From: Eledone cirrhosa
Lineage: Eukaryota
DNA length: 64,000 nucleotides
NCBI GenBank assembly: GCA_964016885.1
Contig: OZ024745.1
Coordinates: forward strand, 28,520,001-28,584,000
Direction of reading: 5' to 3'
In this document: positions 36,144 through 49,700 of the stretch, piece after piece
Layout: each line of letters starts with the position of its first letter
Numbering within the stretch: the first letter of the stretch is position 1
Notes under the pieces: model-generated
What the model was told of the DNA's origin: nothing
Seen by the model: only the letters and a program-made list of their open reading frames with translations
Database searches by the model: none
Translations under genes and position numbers: made by a program

Positions 36144-37010
36144 TATATATATATATAACAGCTGGCCTGAGGAATGTTCTGTAAAGTCATCCTCTGTTAG
36201 ACATGACTGGCCTGAGAAATCTTGTGTCCACCAAGTAGACATAGCTGGATTCAGGGGTCAAGTGTCGACCATAAAGACATGGTTGGCTCGAGAAATCTAG
36301 TGTCCAGCAAACAGACATGGTTGTTTTTGAGAGGTCTATGTATACTATATGTGTAGGCTCGTAGACTATATAATATAACCAAACACATACACTTGGCTCG
36401 CGAGGCTGAAGTTAAATTAAACAGTTTCATTTAACTCATGACTAGCAGAGATTTCAGAACGAAACTACGTCTAAATCATCAGATCCATTTCAGTAAGACA
36501 CGACGAAAAATGGAGAATGGAAGGCCGAGTTGCTAATAGCCTGCATTGGTTGGTTTAGGTCTTGTATTAATGTTGATAAGTCATAGGCAACACGTGGAAG
36601 TTTTAGACTTACAACTATATATACATATGTGTGTGTACGCGTGTGTTTGTATGCGTGTGTTATGTGATATACACACACATATTATGATGATAATACTGTG
36701 TATGTTTGTGTGCACGCAAGAACTTGCGTACAAACACTGCCTTAATTATTGCGATCATATATGTGTGTGTGTATTGTGTGTGTATATGTTTATATATGTA
36801 TATATATATATATATATAGTGTGTGTGTGTGTGTGTGTGTGCGTGTGTGGTAGCTTACAAACACTACGTTAATTATTGCCGATCAAATATGTATAAATGT
36901 ATAGTGGGGGTGGGGATAAATGTATGCTTGTTTGTGCGTCCGTGTGTGTGTGTGTGAGAGGGGGGAAGAGAGGGTGTGTGTGTGTGTGTGTGTGTGAGAG
37001 GGGGGAAGAG

Positions 37011-37058
<48 letters not shown>

Positions 37059-37339
37059 TGTGTGTGTGCGTGTGTGTGTGTGTGCGTGTGGTCTATATTG
37101 AATATATACACATATAGGATGTGTATGATGAAATATATTGGCAAGACCGAGGAATTAGGTGAAGACAGTAAAATTGGAAGAAACGAGAACGGTGGATCAG
37201 CTGACTTAAACAACTAAATTGTGGCTTTATATCTCACCATATATCTTTATATGTGTGGATATGTTTGTATGTGTGCGAGTGTGTGTGTGTGCAATATCTT
37301 TTATTTGTTTCAGTGAGACTACGGCCATGACCACACACG

Positions 37340-37489
37340 CAGGGCCGTCTTAGCGCATGAGCAGTTGCCCGGTGGCCCCACGAGGATAGGGGGCCCATTT
37401 GTATTTTTATTTCTGTGAGTGGTTGTGTAGGTAGGGGCCCCAATGCTCTGCTTTGCCCGGGGGCCTATAATGGTGTTAAGACGGCCCTG
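37340..37489 (-). mobile_element. hAT-type MITE, second copy
   Basis: TIR CAGGGCCGTCTTA / TAAGACGGCCCTG and exact 8-bp TSD cacacacg. The interior is the reverse complement of 12563-12735. Confidence 0.88.
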
Positions 37490-37502
37490 CACACACGCAC
37501 GC

Positions 37503-37533
<31 letters not shown>

Positions 37534-37535
37534 TG

Positions 37536-37583
<48 letters not shown>

Positions 37584-37901
37584 CACATACAGTTTCCCTC
37601 CTTGTAAGGGTCAGTTCTAAAGTACCGCTAATGAACCCTTGGATGGGCCAAGGACCGGCATCTTGCTTACATACGTCCCTTCATTCATACGTGTCCTCAG
37701 ACAAGCTGGCGACCCGCAACTCGTATTACATATGATCCCACGTTCAGCCTAGTGCCTTTTGTCGTGACGCCAGCATATATATTCTTTCTTTTTATAACTG
37801 TCCCTAATATTTTTTCACTACCAAATCAACTTTTTAAATAGAAGTCGAAGTTGAAAGGTATGTCGAATCTATCTATTTATAAGACTGTTTATATTGTATT
37901 T

Positions 37902-37957
37902 TGTCTGAAGAAGGCATAATATATTTTTAATATGATATCCCTGAAATATATATAATG
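37902..37957 (+). ncRNA. Hammerhead-like motif in a Penelope-like tail
   Basis: TGT-CTGAAGA-AGG...CCT-GAAA-T-ATAT-ATA-ATG. Same architecture and similar downstream sequence as 4456-4511. Confidence 0.55.
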
Positions 37958-38089
37958 AAATAAATATGGTTTTATAAATATAGTTTCCATTTATTTAATA
38001 TCGTAAATATACTCCAAATACTTGTTGAGTGCTTTTATATCAGTTATAAATATTTACTCGTTGTTAACCCAACAATTTAAATAAAAGTT

Positions 38090-38173
<84 letters not shown>

Positions 38174-38225
38174 TAGCTGCGGCTCGAGCTTTGAATATGG
38201 TGTAGTTCCATTTGTATATATATAT

Positions 38226-38417
38226 ATAGGAAAAAGTATGACCCCGACGGCAGAGCTTAAGCCGTTTCGACGGCTATTTCAGTCCAAAAATAGCCGTCGA
38301 AACGGCTTGGGGTCTGCCGTCGGGGTCATACTTTTTCCTATTTCCCACTCTACTACCCTAAGTATTGAGTACTCTGGTGCGTTATGGTCCATCTGGTGCC
38401 TTACCACAATTCCTTTG

Positions 38418-38419
<2 letters not shown>
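38226..38419 (-). mobile_element. Hairpin-terminated element in (TA)n, copy 3 (opposite orientation)
   Basis: Reverse complement homologous to copies 1 and 2; palindrome at 38226-38342. Confidence 0.8.
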
Positions 38420-38510
<91 letters not shown>

Positions 38511-38515
<5 letters not shown>

Positions 38516-38604
38516 AATGAAGAATTAGAAATAGAAGCCAGGAATATCCGTCATCAGTGGTCGATATTCCTGGCTTCTATTTCTAATTCTTCATTCATTT
38601 ATTA
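38511..38604. repeat. Fold-back hairpin (about 38-bp arms) with TCATCAG in the loop
   Basis: aatgaagaattagaaatagaagccaggaatatc / gatattcctggcttctatttctaattcttcatt, loop cgtcatcagtggtc, embedded in (TA)n. Confidence 0.85.
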
Positions 38605-38643
38605 TATATATCCTATATGCAACAACATAGCTCGCCATTTTTC

Positions 38644-38711
<68 letters not shown>

Positions 38712-38779
38712 TTTTTTAAATGTAAACAGAGAACAAAAAACAGAAAAACGAAGAAGCGCTTGAGAGTGGGGAGGTGGGG

Positions 38780-38813
38780 GACGACGTTTCGGGCATAAGC
38801 CCTTCACCAGGAG
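38780..38813 (-). ncRNA. Degenerate hammerhead-like motif
   Basis: Minus strand: CTGGTGA-AGGGC-TTAT-GCCC-GAAAC-GTC-GTC. Core has A6G and there is no good stem I. Confidence 0.5.
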
Positions 38814-38905
38814 AAAAGTGGGTAGGAAGAGAGTTCCGAAGGTGTGTGGGGGAGTGGTAGAAAAACATTTTTAAAAAAGGAAGCGAGAGAAAAGGGAAGT
38901 AAATT

Positions 38906-38975
<70 letters not shown>

Positions 38976-39099
38976 TTATGTAATTTGGTAAAGGATATCC
39001 AAAGCTGCAAGAACACTCAGGGATGCGTTATGGTATAGACGTATTTATTACACTAAGTATGCTGTCAGTTAGGTAGACACGTTTCTTTGGCGGCTTATT

Positions 39100-39965
39100 T
39101 TATAAGTCGCACACATCTGCTTGAGATCGAGTAATATGCGCCTACCGTGGTGTGGCCAATGACCGGAATGTGGCTTTGTTACGACAAAACGCCCTCGCTA
39201 CGAACTGCTTTGCTTCCATTCTGTCTAAGATCCCGCATCCTAGCTCTGATAGCGCTGGCTTCGTGCTTTGCGTTGAATTAGTGGAGGGCCAATCTCACTG
39301 CAAGCATGTCGGTTGCGATGCCCTTTCTAAATGTTTCTTCTAGCTTTCTAACTAGCCTTCACCCTTGTTTTTCTCTACTGCTACTCCTTTCTAAACCTTA
39401 TCCATTCTATTCTAATCGACCTTTCCAGGACAAACCACCACGTGTTGTTGATGATTTCCCCCATCAACGCCGGCTTAATTAATAAACTAATCCGGTTCCT
39501 GAAAGCTTTGGGCGCCAAAGAGGACACACTTAGCTTCCAGCAACCAGTTCCCTGTTTGTGAAGCCTATTTAAATAAACAACACAAAATACAAATTTGTGG
39601 CCCGTGTAGTCGATTGCTTTGAATAGTGGACAACCTATACTAGCCTTATGATTTTCCCTACAGAATGTTCTATCTAGATACGATCTGGATGACCCGATGC
39701 CTTTTGACCATGTCCACATTGGTACATTCGGGAAATCCAGTCTGTATCTGACAGTTGGAAATGTCTGAGCAGGTTTGGGAGGCTTTTTACACACTTCTCC
39801 TCTATTTGTTAACCTACACAATCCCTGCCTGAAAGCATGTCCATCACTATGGTCACATCCAGCACCAAAAACTTACCTTATGGGTCCAGGAAGATAGTCC
39901 GTAACATGAGATCCAAATGTTTCCGAAACAACACAGCGCCGTCGCCTCCAGATCCTAGATGGCTT
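39100..39965 (-). mobile_element. Degenerate Tx1-clade LINE fragment (APE endonuclease and linker), older relative of the full-length element
   Basis: RYRLDFPNVPMWTWS...SRSYLDR...IGCP...YTGHKFVFCVV.LNR.HKQGTGCWKL...FRNRISLL aligns to ORF2 RFRLDCPTAPTWTWA...SRSYLDR...YSDHKLVTCVV..DR.HRQGPGYWKM...YRNRISSL. Confidence 0.85.
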
Positions 39966-39971
39966 GAGTGT

Positions 39972-40062
<91 letters not shown>

Positions 40063-40770
40063 GTTCTCTGAAATGTTGTTGATCACTGGAAGTAGCACCA
40101 ATGAAGTATGATAAACGAAGTTTCACTTCAAAATGTTTTTATTCTATATCGACCGTTACATATGTTTCACAGATGATTGGATCAAGATCTTCATTGATGT
40201 GATAGATCTGACTCCAGCATTGAACTGCTCCTCAAACTTGTGGACCCAATCAAAACATTTACACTTGAGATACACAATAATAACATTTTAAAGTAAAACC
40301 TCCCTATATCGTACTTCATATGTAAAGTGGTAGTGTCGGGGCCACGATAATTTGCACTCTGTAAAGTAGTTGTTGTAAGGAAGGACATCTAGCAATAGAA
40401 ACCACACCATATAGGGAACGTAGGGGCATGATGTGGTAATGATGATGATGATGATGATGGTGTGGTGGTGGGGGATTATGGTGGTGAAGATAATGATGAT
40501 TGGTGGTGGGGTGGTGATCATGATGATAGTGGTGGTGGTGGTGGTGGTAGTGGTGGTGATGATGGTGATGGTGGAGCTAGTGGTGGTGGTGGTGGTGCAG
40601 GCATGATAATGATGACGATTGGTGGTGGTGTGGTGATGATGATATCAGAAAAAACACTGAAAACGCTTTAAATCCCGCTTCAAACCTGTTTTCTTTGTCG
40701 AGCGATTTTTTTTTTTTTGTAAATCTTTCATATATTTTCGTGTGATGCTATTCCCGTCTAGCGGTCATCT

Positions 40771-43700
40771 AATACTAGTGGGCCACGCCGAGACACCATC
40801 TCTCCAACCCTCACAACCCCCAATACTAGTGGGCCACGCCGAGACACCATCTCTCCCGCCCTCACAACCCCCAATACTAGTGGGCCACGCCGAGACACCA
40901 TCTCTCCCGCCCTCACAACCCCCAATACTAGTGGGCCACGCCGAGACACCATCTCTCCCACCCTCACAACCCCCAATACTAGTGGGCCACGCCGAGACAC
41001 CATCTCTCCCGCCCTCACAACCCCCAATACTAGTGGGCCACGCCGAGACACCATCTCTCCCGCCCTCACAACCCCCAATACTAGTGGGCCACGCCGAGAC
41101 ACCATCTCTCCCACCCTCACAACCCCCAATACTAGTGGGCCACGCCGAGACACCATCTCTCCCACCCTCACAACCCCCAATACTAGTGGGCCACGCCGAG
41201 ACACCATCTCTCCCGCCCTCACAACCCCCAATACTAGTGGGCCACGCCGAGACACCATCTCTCCCACCCTCACAACCCCCAATACTAGTGGGACATACCG
41301 AGACACCATCACTCCCACCCTCACAACCCCCAATACTAGTGGGCCACGCCGAGACACCATCTCTCCCACCCTCACAACCCCCAATACTAGTGGGACATAC
41401 AGAGACACCATCTCTCCCACCCTCACAACCCCCAATACTAGTGGGCCACGCCGAGACACCATCTCTCCCACCCTCACAACCCCCAATACTAGTGGGCCAC
41501 GCCGAGACACCATCTCTCCCACCCTCACAACCCCCAATGCTAGTGGGACATACCGAGACACCATCACTCCCAACCTCACAACCCCCAATACTAGTGGGCC
41601 ACGCCGAGACACCATCTCTCCCACCCTCCCAACCCCCAATATTAGTGGGACATACCGAGACACCATCACTCCCACCCTCACAACCCCCAATACTAGTGGG
41701 CCACGCCGAGACACCATCACTCCCACCCTCACAACCCCAATACTAGTGGGCCACGCCGAGACACCATCTCTCCCACCCTCACAACCCCCAATACTAGTGG
41801 GCCACGACGAGACACCATCTCTCCCACCCTCACAACCCCCAATACTAGTGGGACATACCGAGACACCATCTCTCCCACCCTCACAACCCCCAATACTAGT
41901 GGGCCACGCCGAGACACCATCTCTCCCACCCTCACAACCCCCAATACTAGTGGGACATACCGAGACACCATCTCTCCCACCCTCACAACCCCCAATACCA
42001 GTGGGCCACGCCGAAACACCATCTCTCCCACCCTCACAACCCCCAATACTAGTGGGACACGCCGAGACACCATCTCTCCCACCCTCACAACCCCCAATAC
42101 TAGTGGGCCACGCCGAGACACCATCTCTCCCACCCTCACAACCCCCAATACTAGTGGGACATACCGAGACACCATCTCTCCCACCCTCACAACCCCCAAT
42201 ACCAGTGGGCCACGCCGAAACACCATCTCTCCCACCCTCACAACCCCCAATACTAGTGGGCCACGCCGAGACACCATCTCTCCCACCCTCACAACCCCCA
42301 ATGCTAGTGGGACATACCGAGACACCATCACTCCCACCCTCACAACCCCCAATACTAGTGGGCCACGCCGAGACACCATCTCTCCCACCCTCACAACCCC
42401 CAATACTAGTGGGCTACCCCGAGACACCATCTCTCCCACCCTCACAACCCCCAATACTAGTGGGACATACCGAGTCAGCATCTCTCCCACTTCTCCCACC
42501 CTCACAACCCCCAATACTAGTGGGACATACCGAGACACCATCTCTCCAACCCTCACAACCCCCAATACTAGTGGGCCACGCCGAGACACCATCTCTCCCA
42601 CCCTCACAACCCTCAATACTAGTGGGCCACCCCGAGACACCATCTCTCCCACCCTCACAACCCCCAATGCTAGTGGGATATACCGAGACACCATCACCCC
42701 CACCCTCACAACCCCCAATACTAGTGGGCCACGCCGAGACACCATCTCTCCAACCCTCACAACCCCCAATACTAGTGGGACATACCGAGACACCATCACC
42801 CCCACCCTCACAACCCCCAATACTAGTGGGCCACGCCGAGACACCATCTCTCCCACCCTCACAACCCCCAATACTAGTGGGCCACGCCGAGACACCATCT
42901 CTCCCACCCTCACAACCCCCAATACTAGTGGGACATACCGAGACACCATCACTCCAACCCTCACAACCCCCAATACTAGTGGGACATACCGAGTCACCAT
43001 CTCTCCCACTTCTCCCACCCTCACAACCCCCATTACTAGTGGGAAATACCGAGACACCATCTCTCCAACCCTCACAACCCCCAATACTAGTGGGACATAC
43101 CGAGACACCATCTCTCCCACCCTCACAACCCCCAATACTAGTGGGCCAAGCTGAGACACCATCTCTCCCACCCTCACAACCCCCAATACTAGTGGGACAT
43201 ACCGAGACACCATCTCTCCCACCCTCACAACCCCCAATACTAGTGGGCCACGCCGAGACACCATCTCTCCAACCCTCACAACCCCCAATACTAGTGGGCC
43301 ACGCCGAGACACCATCTCTCCCACCCTCACAACCCCCAATACTAGTGGGCCACGCCGAGACACCATCTCTCCCACCCTCACAACCCCCAATGCTAGTGGG
43401 ACATACCGAGACACCATCACTCCCACCCTCACAACCCCCAATACTAGTGGGCCACGCCGAGACACCATCTCTCCAACCCTCACAACCCCCAATACTAGTG
43501 GGCCACGCCGAGACACCATCTCTCCCACCCTCACAACCCCCAATACTAGTGGGCCACGCCGAGACACCATCTCTCCCACCCTCACAACCCCCAATGCTAG
43601 TGGGACATACCGAGACACCATCGCTCCCACCCTCACAACCCCCAATACTAGTGGGCCACGCCGAGACACCATCTCTCCCACCCTCACAACCCCCAATACT

Positions 43701-46700
43701 AGTGGGCCACCCCGAGACACCATCTCTCCCACCCTCACAACCCCCAATACTAGTGGGACATACCGAGTCACCATCTCTCCCAATTCTCCCACCCTCACAA
43801 CCCCCAATACTAGTGGGCCACGCCGAGACACCATCTCTCCCACCCTCACAACCTCCAATACTAGTGGGCCACGCCGAGACACCATCTCTCCCACCCTCAC
43901 AACCCCAATACTAGTGGGCCACGCCGAGACACCATCTCTCCCACCCTCAAAACCCCCAATACTAGTGGGCCACGCCGAGACACCATCTCTCCCACCCTCA
44001 CAACCCCCAATACTAGTGGACCACACCGAGACACCATCTCTCCCACCCTCACAACCCCCAATACTAGTGGGCCACGCCGAGACACCAACTCTCCCACACT
44101 CACAACCCCCAATACTAGTGGGCCACGCCGAGACACCATCTCTCCCACCCTCACAACCCCCAATACTAGTGGGCCACCCCGAGACACCAACTCTCCCACC
44201 CTCACAACCCCCAATACTAGTGGGACATACCGAGTCACCATCTCTCCCACTTCTCCCACCCTCACAACCCCCAATACTAGTGGGACATACCGAGACACCA
44301 TCTCTCCAACCCTCACAACCCCCAATACTAGTGGACCACGCCGAGACACCATCTCTCCCACCCTCACAACCCCCAATACTTCTGGGCCACGCCGAGACAC
44401 CATCTCTCCCACCCTCACAACCCCCAATACTAGTGGGACATACCGAGACACCATCACTCCCACCCTCACAACCCCCAATACTAGTGGGCCACGCCGAGAC
44501 ACCATCTCTCCCACCCTCACAACCCCAATACTAGTGGGCCACGCCGAGACACCATCTCTCCCACCCTCACAACCCCCAATACTAGTGGGCCACGCCGAGA
44601 CACCATCACTCCCACCCTCACTATCCCCAATATTAGTGGGCCACGCCGAGACACCATCACTCCCACCCTCACAACCCCCAATACTAGTGGGCCACCCCGA
44701 GACACCATCTCTCCCACCCTCACAACCCCCAATACTAGTGGGACATACCGAGTCACCATCTCTCCCACTTCTCCCACCCTCACAACCCCCATTACTAGTG
44801 GGACATACCGAGACACCATCTCTCCAACCCTCACAACCCCCAATACTAGTGGGACATACCGAGACACCATCTCTCCCACCCTCACAACCCCCAATACTAG
44901 TGGGCCAAGCTGAGACACCATCTCTCCCACCCTCACAACCCCAATACTAGTGGGACATACCGAGACACCATCTCTCCCACCCTCACAACCCCCAATACTA
45001 GTGGGCCACGCCGAGACACCATCTCTCCCACCCTCACAACCCCCAATACTAGTGGGCCACGCCGAGACACCATCTATCCCACCCTCACAACCCCCAATGC
45101 TAGTGGGACATACCGAGACACCATCACTCCCACCCTCACAACCCCCAATACTAGTGGGCCACGCCGAGACACCATCTCTCCCACCCTCACAACCCCCAAT
45201 ACTAGTGGGCCACCCCGAGACACCATCTCTCCCACCCTCACAACCCCCAATACTAGTGGGACATACCGAGTCACCATCTCTCCCACTTCTCCCACCCTCA
45301 CAACCCCCAATACTAGTGGGACATACCGAGACACCATCTCTCCCACCCTCACAACCCCCAATACTAGTGGGCCACGCCGAGACACCATCTCTCCCACCCT
45401 CACAACCCCCAATACTAGTGGGACATACCGAGACACCATCACTCCCACCCTCACAACCCCCAATACTAGTGGGCCACGCCGAAACACCATCTCTCCCACC
45501 CTCACAACCCCCAATACTAGTGGGACATACCGAGACACCATCACTCCCACCCTCACAACCCCCAATACTAGTGGGCCACGCCGAGACACCATCTCTCCCA
45601 CCCTCACAACCCCAATACTAGTGGGCCACGCCGAGACACCATCTCTCCCACCCTCACAACCCCCAATACTAGTGGGCCACGCCGAGACACCATCACTCCC
45701 ACCCTCACAATCCCCAATACTAGTGGGCCACGCCGAGACACCATCACTCCCACCCTCACAACCCCCAATACTAGTGGGCCACCCCGAGACACCATCTCTC
45801 CCACCCTCACAACCCCCAATACTAGTGGGACATACCGAGTCACCATCTCTCCCACTTCTCCCACCCTCACAACCCCCAATACTAGTGGGACATACGGAGA
45901 CACCATCTCTCCAACCCTCACAACCCCCAATACTAGTGGACCACGCCGAGACACCATCTCTCCCACCCTCACAACCCCCAATACTTCTGGGCCACGCCGA
46001 GACACCATCTCTCCCACCCTCACAACCCCCAATACTAGTGGGACATACCGAGACACCATCACTCCCACCCTCACAACCCCCAATACTAGTGGGCCACGCC
46101 GAGACACCATCTCTCCCACCCTCACAACCCCAATACTAGTGGGCCACGCCGAGACACCATCTCTCCCACCCTCACAACCCCCAATACTAGTGGGCCACGC
46201 CGAGACACCATCACTCCCACCCTCACAATCCCCAATACTAGTGGGCCACGCCGAGACACCATCACTCCCACCCTCACAACCCCCAATACTAGTGGGCCAC
46301 CCCGAGACACCATCTCTCCCACCCTCACAACCCCCAATACTAGTGGGACATACCGAGTCACCATCTCTCCCACTTCTCCCACCCTCACAACCCCCATTAC
46401 TAGTGGGACATACCGAGACACCATCTCTCCAACCCTCACAACCCCCAATACTAGTGGGACATACCGAGACACCATCTCTCCCAGCCTCACAACCCCCAAT
46501 ACTAGTGGGCCAAGCTGAGACACCATCTCTCCCACCCTCACAACCCCAATACTAGTGGGACATACCGAGACACCATCTCTCCCACCCTCACAACCCCCAA
46601 TACTAGTGGGCCACGCCGAGACACCATCTCTCCCACCCTCACAACCCCCAATACTAGTGGGCCACGCCGAGACACCATCTATCCCACCCTCACAACCCCC

Positions 46701-49700
46701 AATGCTAGTGGGACATACCGAGACACCATCACTCCCACCCTCACAACCCCCAATACTAGTGGGCCACGCCGAGACACCATCTCTCCCACCCTCACAACCC
46801 CCAATACTAGTGGGCCACCCCGAGACACCATCTCTCCCACCCTCACAACCCCCAATACTAGTGGGACATACCGAGTCACCATCTCTCCCACTTCTCCCAC
46901 CCTCACAACCCCCAATACTAGTGGGACATACCGAGACACCATCTCTCCCACCCTCACAACCCCCAATACTAGTGGGCCACGCCGAGACACCATCTCTCCC
47001 ACCCTCACAACCCCCAATACTAGTGGGACATACCGAGACACCATCACTCCCACCCTCACAACCCCCAATACTAGTGGGCCACGCCGAAACACCATCTCTC
47101 CCACCCTCACAACCCCCAATACTAGTGGGACATACCGAGACACCATCACTCCCACCCTCACAACCCCCAATACTAGTGGGCCACGCCGAGACACCATCTC
47201 TCCCACCCTCACAACCCCAATACTAGTGGGCCACGCCGAGACACCATCTCTCCCACCCTCACAACCCCCAATACTAGTGGGCCACGCCGAGACACCATCA
47301 CTCCCACCCTCACAATCCCCAATACTAGTGGGCCACGCCGAGACACCATCACTCCCACCCTCACAACCCCCAATACTAGTGGGCCACCCCGAGACACCAT
47401 CTCTCCCACCCTCACAACCCCCAATACTAGTGGGACATACCGAGTCACCATCTCTCCCACTTCTCCCACCCTCACAACCCCCATTACTAGTGGGACATAC
47501 CGAGACACCATCTCTCCAACCCTCACAACCCCCAATACTAGTGGGACATACCGAGACACCATCTCTCCCACCCTCACAACCCCCAATACTAGTGGGCCAA
47601 GCTGAGACACCATCTCTCCCACCCTCACAACCCCAATACTAGTGGGACATACCGACACACCATCTCTCCCACCCTCACAACCCCCAATACTAGTGGGCCA
47701 CGCCGAGACACCATCTCTCCCACCCTCACAACCCCCAATACTAGTGGGCGACGCCGAGACACCATCTATCCCACCCTCACAACCCCCAATGCTAGTGGGA
47801 CATACCGAGACACCATCACTCCCACCCTCACAACCCCCAATACTAGTGGGCCACGCCGAGACACCATCTCTCCCACCCTCACAACCCCCAATACTAGTGG
47901 GCCACCCCGAGACACCATCTCTCCCACCCTCACAACCCCCAATACTAGTGGGACATACCGAGTCACCATCTCTCCCACTTCTCCCACCCTCACAACCCCC
48001 AATACTAGTGGGACATACCGAGACACCATCTCTCCCACCCTCACAACCCCCAATACTAGTGGGCCACGCCGAGACACCATCTCTCCCACCCTCACAACCC
48101 CCAATACTAGTGGGACATACCGAGACACCATCACTCCCACCCTCACAACCCCCAATACTAGTGGGCCACGCCGAAACACCATCTCTCCCACCCTCACAAC
48201 CCCCAATACTAGTGGGACATACCGAGACACCATCACTCCCACCCTCACAACCCCCAATACTAGTGGGCCACGCCGAGACACCAACTCTCCCACCCTCACA
48301 ACCCCCAATACTAGTGGGCCACGCCGAGACACCATCTCTCCCACCCTCACAACCCTCAATACTAGTGGGCCACCCCGAGACACCATCTCTCCCACCCTCA
48401 CAACCCCCAATGCTAGTGGGATATACCGAGACACCATCACCCCCACCCTCACAACCCCCAATACTAGTGGGCCACGCCGAGACACCATCTCTCCCACCCT
48501 CACAACCCCAATACTAGTGGGCCACGCCGAGACACCATCTCTCCCACCCTCACAACCCCCAATACTAGTGGGCCACGCCGAGACACCAACTCTCCCACCC
48601 TCACAACCCCCAATACTAGTGGGCCACGCCGAGACACCATCTCTCCCACCCTCACAACCCCCAATACTAGTGGGCCACGCCGAGACACCAACTCTCCCAC
48701 ACTCACAACCCCCAATACTAGTGGGCCACGCCGAGACACCATCTCTCCCACCCTCACAACCCCCAATACTAGTGGGCCACCCCGAGACAGCAACTCTCCC
48801 ACCCTCATAACCCCCAATACTAGTGGGACATACCGAGTCACCATCTCTCCCACTTCTCCAACCCTCACAACCCCCAATACTAGTGGGCCACGCCGAGACA
48901 CCATCTTTCCCGCCCTCACAACCCCCAATACTAGTGGGCCACGCCGAGACACCATCTCTCCCACCCTCACAACCCCCAATACTAGTGGGACATACCGAGA
49001 CACCATCTCTCCAACCCTCACAACCCCCAATACTAGTGGGCCACGCCGAGACACCATCTCTCCCACCCTCACAACCCCCAATGCTAGTGGGACATACCGA
49101 GACACCATCTCTCCCACCCTCACAACCCCCAATACTAGTGGGACATACCGAGACACCATCACTCCCACCCTCACAACCCCCAATACTAGTGGGCCACGCC
49201 GAGACACCATCTCTCCCACCCTCACAACCCCAATACTAGTGGGCCACGCCGAGACACCATCTCTCCCACCCTCACAACCCCCAATACTAGTGGGCCACGC
49301 CGAGACACCATCACTCCCACCCTCACAACCCCCAATACCAGTGGGCCACGCCGAGACACCATCTCTCCCACCCTCACAACCCCCAATACTAGTGGGCCAC
49401 GCCGAGACACCATCACTCCCACCCTCACAACCCCCAATACTAGTGGGCCACCCCGAGACACCATCTCTCCCACCCTCACAACCCCCAATACTAGTGGGCC
49501 ACGCCGAGACACCATCACTCCCACCCTCACAACCCCCAATACCAGTGGGCCACGCCGAGACACCATCTCTCCCACCCTCACAACCCCCAATACTAGTGGG
49601 CCACGCCGAGACACCATCACTCCCACCCTCACAACCCCCAATACTAGTGGGCCACCCCGAGACACCATCTCTCCCACCCTCACAACCCCCAATACTAGTG

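Noticed and set aside
36440-36475. Hammerhead-like CAGAGA...CGAAAC-TAC-GTC
   Set aside because: The core deviates at several positions and the stems are weak, so it is not distinguishable from chance.
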